From assembly GCF_009914755.1 (NCBI RefSeq), contig NC_060927.1: a stretch of DNA of 64,000 nucleotides; one strand, written 5' to 3'. Positions within the stretch are counted from its first letter, which is position 1, and each line of letters opens with the position of its first letter. The position numbers were made by a program, and so were the translations under genes. The DNA is from the human T2T-CHM13v2.0 reference genome, Homo sapiens. This document shows, piece after piece, positions 53,972 to 64,000 of the stretch. Below the pieces are notes generated by a model, which worked only from the letters and a program-made list of their open reading frames with translations, made no database searches and was not told the origin of the DNA.

Positions 53972-56900
53972 AAAGTTTATATTTAGGTAAAACTTTGGTG
54001 TCATCATTTCATTTACCACTATAATCTATAAGAAGAGAAATACTTCTCTTCTTTGTCCAAAAACTAAAGGAACCTGAAAAACTCAACTGACTTTTTAATA
54101 TATTTCCATATATAGATATATAGATATATTTCACAAATTATGCCCACATCCATGTAATTCCTCACAGCAGGCAAAGTCCAGCCTCCTGGTGTACACTTCT
54201 CTCAGAGGCTTATTTTAGATTTAAGAAGATTTATGGATAAAAAAGGCAATATCCTGAAATACGTACTTTTTTCCTTCCTCTTATAAAAGTATGAATAGAA
54301 TTTGTACCAGAGGATGCAAGATCATTCTTTCCATTTAAAGAATAACTATGAAATCTCAATTCTTCCAAGATTAGTGATTCAATAGGTCAAAGACCTTAAT
54401 CTGATTTTGTTTTAGGATCTTTTCCCATGAATTTGTCATTTTTTTCTCTTTAGTAAACCTTAGTAATTTTGATACAATTTTTTGGTTTGTTCTTTCTCAT
54501 TGCTTAAAATCTTTCAATTTGAGGATTCAAATACTTGCTTAAAATAGGGACCCTTTATGGAAATAAGAGAGGATTAGTATTCAGAGAAGAGAGTAAGAAC
54601 TTAAGACTTGGTTTCCTGAGGTTACTTTAAGAAGTAGAATCTGGGCAAGAATCTGACTCCTAAGTCTTCATTTCTTTGATTGACCAACAAACCACATTGC
54701 CTATAATTGGGCACTACAGTGCTGGACCATTAAATAGGATGAAGACTAATATAAGAATGAGAAAATTAATATGTCTTGGAGTTCAAAAAATATATCAAAT
54801 CCCTTCTATATTTGGAAACCTTTTCTCTCCCATGACATATAACATTATCTTATACTTCTAATGGTCTAGGCCACTTTCAATTTCTCATTTGTGAGGTCAC
54901 AAATCAAATTTGAGATCTTCATTTGCATGACTAGGAAAACTACTTTCCCCTACTTCTGGCTTGCCCTTTGACTATCACTTCTTAGTTTGACTTGACTCAT
55001 TTGCATATAAAAATACTCCATTTTAGATGAAAGCTTTGTTGTGTTTTATATTTTTCCATTCTGATGAGTTTCTATGCTCCCCTTTTTTCCAGTTCCCCAC
55101 TAAGACTTGCCTTCTCTGTCTCTTTGGTAGACTTTCTTCATAGCTTTTGAGCTCCTGGCTGCCTCTTTGAGGATGGGGGTCTGTCTGCCAGAGGCGGCTT
55201 TCAGCCCCGTCTGCTTCTGAGAATAGAACTTCTCTTGGAGATCTTTTCTTTTCTATTTCTGCCTTATTCCAAACCAGTGTTTAACCCCTCTAAGGCTTTC
55301 TCCTTTTCATCAAATCAGCACAAGAGAGGAAATTCCTCTTCCCTGGAATTATTCAGTAGTGTCCCTAGATCCTATGTGGTCCCTCTCTAGACAGGATTTT
55401 TTGCTTACTTGTTTGCTTTTTGTTTTTTTAAGTCAAGGCCATTTTCTGAGATTTTTACATAAATTAAAACAACAACAACAACAATGCAGTTTTCTACCAT
55501 ACATCACAAAGAGGCCCAAAAGCCTAGGTTTTGATTGCTAGCAACCAGATCTTAAAATAATGTTGGTGTTTTACCCCCCTATAAGTTGAAGCACAAATGG
55601 TGGTTCTACCATTGAAAGTTCTCTGTATTGCATTCACAGTTAGGACTTTGCAGCATTTGAGTTTGACTCCTACTTAATACTTTACTTTCCCAGTCTTATT
55701 TGGCAAATATGGTTAATTAATAGCCTTACTTTAATGGGGAAGCAAAGTTTCTCCTCCTTAGGCTTTATTAAGAGACCAATTGAGAAAAGAACAAAGGAAA
55801 AGTCTGCCTCAGGCACAGAGAAATATAAAGGATAATGACATTCCTTTGAACATGTTAGGTGGACATTTTTCCAGCTCCTATTTTTTCCCAAATAGTACAT
55901 CAGCTTTTAGTGTATAAGAAAACATTAAGTAGTATTGGAGACACTTCTATTTGGGCCAGATTTCTTTCTATAATAATAGTTGTAGGGCTTTCAAATAATT
56001 CAAATTGCATATGTTTCACTTTATAATATTTTCCCCTTTCCAAGTCATCTGCCCAATATAAGAGAAATATTTGGATAATATCGTCCTCTTCCTCTTCTTC
56101 TTCCCCCTCCTTTTTCTCTTCCTCTTCTATGGCAAATTTCTATGCAGGCATAATATGTCTGATATTTCTATGAGGAAGTATAAAAAGAATATTCATGTCA
56201 ACTGTAAACTTTCCAACCTAAAATTCCATAGGATATTAAATAGAATAAACATAAAAAGATATAGAGAAAATAGTACTGTGTTGGGCAAAGATAGGATTAT
56301 TCTTATTCTTGGCTTAGCCCATGATTTCACGTGTGAAAAGGTTGTTTATGGATTATCTGTTTAACAAATTTCTAAGAATTTTCCTAGACTAATCTATTAT
56401 TTCAAAAAATAGCCATATAGTTTCACTTAGTGATCCCTGAGATTATGTCTTATATCAGTTTCCGAAAAAAGATAGATTGCATTAATTCTTGAAAAATTAT
56501 CTTTTTGTTAGCATGAACTTTGTATTTCTGGTTTCTCTCTAGTCCCTCACTTTTCCTGAAAAAACTCTGGCTAAGCCATTCCCATTTACTACACAACTAC
56601 CTTAATTACAATTTAGAGAACCGACTGTGGCTGGGTTGAATGCATCAAAAAATACGTCTTCTGGTGATGAATCCTATCATTTACTCTGAACCAACACAGC
56701 TATAAGCTTTGCTTTTCACCTTCCTAATTAACAAGGAAAAACAAGGTTGAATTGTTAAGATACTTCCTTGTGTTAAAGCTGCATCTCAAGTCTCCATAAA
56801 CATAAAATGCTTTTCTACCAGTCAGGGTAGTTTTGTAGATTACAATGCTTCCTCATCTCAAGGAATCAATCTAAGAGTACTGATGCATTTCATCACTGAC

Positions 56901-57674
56901 TGAGTAAAGTCAAATTTATTATCATATTCATAAGTGGTATCAACCCTGTCTTTATCCTTAGCATAATAATATCAGTTGCAACTTATTATACATTAGTGAA
57001 TCATTCTCTTTTTTCTTTTAGCTCATTATATGGGGAGAATCCTATTAGAAGAGGCCCACATTTTAAAATATTAAATATACCATTGTTCCTTCTCTCTGAA
57101 TTGCTTTCTTATTTCAGGCCTGAGGGCAAAGATAGGAGTTTTAGCTCATACCATTCTTTCACAAACTTTGACTTTCACTAACATGTGTTAAGAAACATTG
57201 CCTACTTGGAAAGAAGGCAAAAAGAGGGTGACATGTTCTTTCAATATCATATCAGACCTTTAACAGGCCTGTCCAAGTATTATTTAATTATTCAGGACAA
57301 TATACCTCTGTTTGATTATATCTAACTATTGATTAAAAATCCATTTTCTGTGAAGTTGCATGTTTTCTGGTAAATTTTTATCTGGTAGAGATTCAAATGA
57401 TTTCTGCCCAGTAGAAAAGATAACCCCAAAGGTTATGGTTTTATTGCTCTATAGGATATATTAACCAGTTTTGTACGTGATACCATCTTATTCAAATGTT
57501 TTTGCTCCCATGCCTATATAATTCCCCTGCTCTACTCCTTTGAATCAGCGTTACTGTCTAGCTGGTTCTCTTATTAATAAGTTAAATAAATATTTAACTC
57601 ATGCTCATTGTGTATTTGTATACATTATGTTACATAACTTCTTGAAAATTATACTTTGACAAGTGCCTCTCAAA

Positions 57675-57677
<3 letters not shown>

Positions 57678-57709
<32 letters not shown>
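57678..57709. repeat. (TA)n microsatellite
   Basis: About 15 TA units. Confidence 0.95.
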
Positions 57710-57713
<4 letters not shown>

Positions 57714-58229
57714 GTTGGTGTGAGAGTTTTTTTCTAAAAAGTAATCAGCCAGAGAAGCAATCACTAATTAGTTTAGACAAATGAAAATTCATTTAAATCT
57801 ATTTTAGTATCCAACACTACCTCAAGGACATATAAATCTCATTATTTAAAATATTGACTTTCTAACAATATGTTAAGGAATTGTCTTGGGTTCAATGCAA
57901 CAGATGGAAGATCCTTAAGGCATGCTACCCTTAGTAGTGCAATTAACAGAAACATAGTCAAGCAGTCACCTTTATCCAGTGAGCGTTTCAAAAGAATTTT
58001 GATTACCATGGCTTGCATGAGAAAATATAAATTCCCTTCAATTTCTTCAACAACAATTTTATCCATACTGGAATTGAATTCATTTTTTAAAACAAACAAA
58101 TGGCAGTACCTTTCTGCTTAAACTGATTATCCACGTAAGCCTATGCAGCCCTTTGTCGTTACTGTTGCTGTTGTTTTAATTCCCCATGTGACTGGTTTGT
58201 TAAAAAAAAAAAAAATTAAATGTTTTGAG

Positions 58230-58530
58230 CAGGTGATACCTAATGAACAAATATTTACAAAGTCAAAAAATATAACAATGTATACAGTAAAAAATTTTGC
58301 TTTTACTGCTGTCCCCATCATGCTATCACCGCACTTTCCCTTACTGGAAGTATCCTTCCAGGTCTTATTTATGAAAATAATAGCACCTATGACTATATCC
58401 TTATTTGACTCTCATTTCTACACATAAAGAAGCAAGCTATGCACAACGCTTGGTACTTTATCATTTTACTAAGGTAAATGGATATATTGGCGGTCTATTC
58501 ATAGCAGTACATAAAATACTTTCTCACATA
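58230..58530 (-). mobile_element. Old L1ME-type 3' UTR fragment
   Basis: tatacagtaaaa..gtatccttccag..tttctacacataaag..atagcagtacata. Confidence 0.5.
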
Positions 58531-58691
58531 TATATTCTAAACACAATGTAGCCTTCCTTACCTTAGGTAACAAATGATAACTTTAGTAATGAAATCTCAG
58601 ATGAACACATAAGGGTACCATTCAATGCACTAAACATTTAAAATACCATTGAATATTCTAGGTGCTTGAGGTACAAAATATAATAAGACCC

Positions 58692-60301
58692 TGATCTGAT
58701 CTTCAAAAAACTCAACAAAAGCAATAGGGAAAAGAATGCTTATTCAATAAATGGTGCTGGGTAATTGGCTATCCGTATAAAGTGACAAAAGTGGACTCAA
58801 GATGGATTAAAAACTTAAATGTGAGACCTCAAACTATAAAAATCCTAGAAGAAAACCTAGGAAATACCATTCTTGATATCAGCCTTGGCAAAGAATTTAT
58901 GGTTAAGTCCTCAAAAGCAATTGCAACAAAAACAAAAATTCACAAGTGGGACCTAATTAAACTAAAGAGCTTCTGCACAGCAAGAGAAACTATCAAGGGA
59001 GTAAACAGACAACCTACAGTGGAAAAAATATTTGCAAATTATGCACCCAACAAAGGTCTAATATCCAGAATCTATAAGGAACTTAAGCAAATCAAAAAGC
59101 AAATAATCCCATGAAAATGTGAGCAAAGAACATGAACAGACGCTTCTCAAAAAAATGATACACAAGTGGCCCAAAACATATGAAAAAATGCTCATCATCA
59201 CTAGTCATCAGAGAAATGCAACTCAAAACCACAATGAGATAGTATCTCACACCAGTCAGAATGCCTTTTCTTTCTTTCTTTCTCTCTCTCTTTCTTTCTT
59301 TCTCTCTCTCTTTCTTTTCTTTCTTTCTTTTTTTTTTTTTTTTGAGACACAGTCTCGCTCTGTCACTCAGCCTGTAGTGCAGTGACAACAATCTCGGCTC
59401 ACTACAACCTCTGCCTCCTGGGTTCAAGTGATTCTCCTGCCTCAGCCTTCTGAGTAGCTGGGACTACAGGCATGTGCCACCACGCCTGGTTCATTTTTTT
59501 ACTTTTAGTAGAGATGGAGTTTTGCCATGTTAGCCAGGCTGGTCTCAAACTCCTGGCTTCAAGTGATCCACCCTTCTCAGCCTCCCAAAGTACTGGGATT
59601 ACAGGTGTGAGTCACCACTCCTGGCAGCAAGACTATTCTTAAAAAGTCAGAAAATAGCAGATGGTGAGGCCATGGAGAAAAGGGGACACTTATACACTGT
59701 CAGTGGGAGTATAAATTAGCCCAACCACGGTAGACAGCAGTTTGGAGATTTCTCAAAGAAATACAAGTTGAACTACCATTCGAGCCAACAATCCCATTAC
59801 TGGGTATATTCCCAAAGGAAAAGAAATTGTTCCACTACAATGACACACACACCTTATGTCCATCACAGGACTATTCACAATAGCAAAAACATGGAATCGA
59901 CCCAAGTGCCCAAGAACAGTGAATTGGATAAAAAAAAAAAGTGGTACATATATACCATGAAACACTACACAGCCATAAAAAAGAAGGAAATCATGTCCTT
60001 TGCAGCAACATGGATGCAGCTGGAGGCTAAGTGAACTAACACAAAAACAGAAAACCAAATATGGCATGTTCTCACTTATACGTGGGAGGTAAGCATAGGG
60101 TACTCATGGATATAAAGATGGAAACTATAGACATTGGGGACTATTAGAGGGTGGAGAGAGGGAGGGGGACACAGGCTGAAAAACTACCTATCGGGTATTA
60201 TGCTCACTACTTGGGTGATGGGGTCAGTCCTACCCTAAACCATAAACCTACATATGCACCCCTTGATTCTAAAATAAACATTGAAAAAGGAAAAAAAAAA
60301 A
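58692..60301 (+). mobile_element. L1PA15/16-like 3' end (ORF2 C-terminal remnant, 3' UTR, polyA), split by an Alu and inserted in an L2
   Basis: ORF 58782-59114 [41 protein letters not shown] is L1 ORF2p; 3' UTR gaaaaactacctat.gggta.tatgctcactac; aataaa then A run. Confidence 0.93.
59266..59626 (-). mobile_element. AluS (Sz-like) with tail converted to (TTTC)n/(TC)n
   Basis: Antisense dimeric Alu between L1 ccagtcagaatg and ctattcttaaaaagtca. Confidence 0.93.
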
Positions 60302-60341
60302 GGAGAAACTCACTCTCTTGTAATAGAATCAGATATAACTA

Positions 60342-60745
<404 letters not shown>

Positions 60746-61939
60746 ATATAAAACCCCACCAAAATATCATGACATTTGAGCAGTGGGTCTTGAAATAATA
60801 ATATGATGCATACCTGAGTCATTTCTTAGTCTAAATGGCGAGGCTCACAATTTTTTAAAGAAATTATTTGACTCTAATTATCCTTTTTAAACTTTCCTCC
60901 CATTAGTCTACCCTAGGATATCAGGATAAGTAATTTTGCACTCTCCTTGGTGTTCACATCTTTTAAGTGTTTATAGATTGTTTCATGCTTTATCATCAGT
61001 TTGCCAAGCCCACCTAGCTTAGTGCCTTTCAATTCTTCTCCTGTGCCAGCTGCCTTTCTTCCATTCATGAGTGCAGCCTGTTCCTGACTTTCCAGCCCAC
61101 ATGACGCTGCTATATATTCTGAAAACAGATGTTCAGAAGCAGCCCTTTTCTAAATCTGAATATAAACAATTCCCTGGTATAGGGTTTCCTACCTTTCCAA
61201 TGATTCCTGCCAGCTTAGTTCATTTGCACATTTCATTCCCAATCTATTTATCCCAATGTAATAGCTTAGTCACCAAGCTCTCATGCTAAATAAGAGCTCT
61301 TCAAATGCCAACCTGAACTCCTCCCAGTATGACTTGCTATCCATTTATTTTCATTCGTTTACAGTCTATTCAACCTTTCAGCTGGCTTTTCAACCATGAG
61401 ATAGTGTCCATATAGATGTCAATTTTTATTAAGCTCCTAACTAATTTTAAAGCACTACACAAGCTGTTTTTCTGAAGTTCTGTACATCTGCTACTCTGCA
61501 CTCCCACGTTCCTTAATGGTGTAATTCTCTAGAAATGACCTATCAAATATGATGAAGCTCATTGCTCATGATCTGCATTTTATGCCTCTTCTTTTCTCTT
61601 CCTGACCCAGGTCTGTGTGCTGGGACCACAATGACACTTAGTGGTCAGGCTAGAATGTTGGCTGGCCTAACGAGCCACTGTTATTCTTCACCAACTGTGG
61701 TGACTCCGTGGGGCACAATATTTTTAAAACTCTCTTTCCCCAAGATTCTCACCAGCCTAGAAATTGGCTGGCGTTCTGCTATTATTCTCATCTGAGAGCA
61801 ATCAGTGAAGAGGTTTCAAGTACAGAGGCACAGTACATCACCTCCTTGAACTGCCAGCTTTGATTTAAGGACGAGAAAATCTTGAGCAGCCAAACAGAGC
61901 TCAAGGTTGAATTGTTTTACAAAAGTCTGACAATTTTGC

Positions 61940-62245
61940 CCAAATGCATCAATTTCTTTGATAGCATCAAATGATATTAACATGGCACACTATTTAAATT
62001 ACAACCCCCAATATTCCTGACCTCCTTTTTCTGCTTTTTCTATTTAGCATTAGTCCCATGTGATATACTTTATATTATACCTACGTTTTATTTTTCTGTC
62101 TTTGCCTCCCCCCCTTTAATGTAAGCTCCATGAGGGAAGGGATTTTCCTCATGACTGTTTTCCTTTATGTTCAGTACCCAAAAAGGTGCCTTGAACATAG
62201 GAATTTCACAGTAGGTGTTGGATGGCTGAATGTATGAAGGAATGA
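61940..62245 (+). mobile_element. L2 3' end
   Basis: aatgtaagctccatgagggaagggattt..cagtaccca..gtgcct..tgaatg. Confidence 0.7.
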
Positions 62246-62649
62246 TTTTATATACAGTGCACATCAGCTTAATAAATTATTCTTTTTCTCTACTAGGCTC
62301 AGTCCACTTTTTTCTGTTTCTACTGATATACTGCCTTTTCTCTTCCTCATCTCTAATATACATTTGAATACTTCCTCCATATTTGTTACCTCTTGGAAAC
62401 TTTTCTTGAACCACCGCAGGGAGGTCTACTCCCCTTAGTTCTCAATTTATGTTTATGTTGTTCAGTTTTTGAGGACAGCAACTCTTTCACATGAGGCTAC
62501 CTTCTTTTCCAAATGCCTTAATATGCTGGGTGGTAAATGCTGCCAGAATTGTTATTTCTGCCACATCAGCACATGTGTCACGGGAAGAAAAACACTGTTT
62601 GGTTTCCAGATTTGAAGAGCAAAATGTGTATTATGCAAAATGGCGCTTT

Positions 62650-62885
62650 GTCTTTAACGGGAGTAGTTCCAGTTTTAAATCCCAGCTGCCTTTACCATCT
62701 ATTTGACCCTAAATAGTTGTTAAAACCTTCTGATCCCTAATGCCTTCATCTATAAGATGAAGTTAATAATATTAATACCTTCCTTGCAGGGTGAATGTGG
62801 GGCCTGGGGCTAATATGTATCAAACCCCAGGCTTGACAGATAAGACATTACCACTAACGGGCTATTATTAGTGTTGTTGTTGTTG
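62650..62885 (+). mobile_element. MIR
   Basis: aaatcccagctgcc..cttcatctataagatga..taataccttccttgcaggg. Confidence 0.65.
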
Positions 62886-63009
62886 TTATTGCTACTGTTA
62901 CTATTACTGTATCATTCCTCCTTCCTCTGATTTACCACCTATACTGTGCAGGAATCTCCACTTCAGTAGAAAAAATACATTCAGCTATTTCAATTTGGGA
63001 TTAAATTTT

Positions 63010-63555
63010 CCATCCATTCGTTTATTCAACAAGCATTTTTTGAGAGCCTAGCATGTGCCAAGTACAACACTGATTGCAAGGAATACAAAAATGAATACAC
63101 ATTAGTCCCTGCACCTTCATAGCTTTCAGTCTGTGGAATTTATTTACTTATTCAGCGGAATAGTTCAACAAATATTTAGCGAGCATTGATTGAGTCCCAG
63201 CTGCAGTTATGGGGACCAGGAATACATGAGTGAAAAAAGAAGATGGGGATTACTTTCTAGTGGAAGGAGATGGAAAATAAACATAAATACATAAATAAGT
63301 GAATTCTGTAGTATGCTACAATGTGATAAGGGCTAGTGACACCTAGTGAAGCAGAGGAAAACGGACCCGGGGTGTTAAGTTGGTGGAGGGGGGGTTCAGG
63401 GGCCAGGGGATTTGCAATTTTTAAGTAAGGTGGTAAAGGCAGACTTTCCTGGGAATGTGACATTTGAGCAAAGACTCAAGGAAATGAAGAAATGAGCCAC
63501 ATGGATATCTGGGGGAAGAACATTTCAGCAGAGGGAATATGAGCAGAGCAGGGAG
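63010..63555 (-). mobile_element. Two adjacent L2 3' fragments
   Basis: catccattcgtttattcaacaagcattttttgag..tgtgcca; ttcaacaaatattta..gtgacatttgagcaaagact..atggatatctgggggaagaacatt. Confidence 0.75.
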
Positions 63556-64000
63556 CAGGGGGCTGTTGTAACAGAGGGCTGCTTTAAAATGCCGTGGCAT
63601 GGGAATGCAGGGTGCAGGAAAGAGAGATGTAGAAGCGGGGATCTTGGTTGCGTTTTCCACTGACCAAGTCTTAGTCATTTTCTATTATTCCTATGACTGA
63701 ACTGCCTAGGTTCCTCCCTTGGCTAGAAAGGCTAGATCTGGGAACAATGAATGGAGAATGCGTGATGTGTCTGCTGACTACACCTAATCATCCACTTCCA
63801 AGGCTTTTTTTTTTTTTTTCTCACCTCTATGACTCTAGGATCCTTTATTTCAGTGGTTTTTGTACGCGACAGAAGAATGTTGCCGCCAGAAGTCTGAATT
63901 AAGACCCCGCGGACATGGAAGATCCCCTTTTGACTTTCTGGTTGTAGTCCCATGAGTCAAATGACAAAAAAAAGAGGTGGTGGTATTGGGAAAGGTTTCT

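Noticed and set aside
57842-58121. Opposing 83-85 aa ORFs; the minus one faintly recalls hAT C-terminal or RT motifs (MDKIVVEEIE, SLDKGD, LNPRQF)
   Set aside because: Motif spacing does not fit either family; it needs blastx before any claim.
58782-59114. 110-aa ORF with real protein similarity
   Set aside because: It is an L1 ORF2p C-terminal fragment in a truncated, Alu-interrupted L1.
63860-63925. Small CpG cluster near the right edge
   Set aside because: Too short and sparse for a CpG island or promoter call within this window.

Overview
This is AT-rich, CpG-depleted primate genomic DNA, almost certainly human because it carries an AluYa5. It reads as intronic or intergenic sequence with no CpG island and no protein-coding gene, tRNA, rRNA or CRISPR array that I can support. 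Roughly half is recognisable transposable-element debris: Alus (J, S, Y, Ya5), two internal-containing MaLR proviruses (MSTA, MSTB-type), solo LTRs (MER41B, MSTD, MLT1A/F/J-K, MER31/67-like), L1 3' ends, many L2/MIR fragments and many DNA-transposon fossils (Zaphod, Arthur1, Tigger3, MER47A, Kanga1, MER53, MER63A, Charlie4z, MER5A). The supplied ORFs are nearly all repeat-derived or chance frames. The best leads are: (i) a cryptic, frameshifted hAT (Tip100/DUF4371-type) transposase fossil on the minus strand at about 29.2-30.3 kb in otherwise unique-looking DNA; (ii) a MER41B LTR with one intact STAT1 GAS motif nested in an MSTA LTR; (iii) an AluYa5 splitting a Kanga transposase; (iv) two short templated-copy events; (v) an enhancer-like repeat-free block near 32.2-32.9 kb. 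I cannot support a new multi-gene system. Family names were recognised by eye from remembered consensus sequences, and boundaries of old repeats are approximate.
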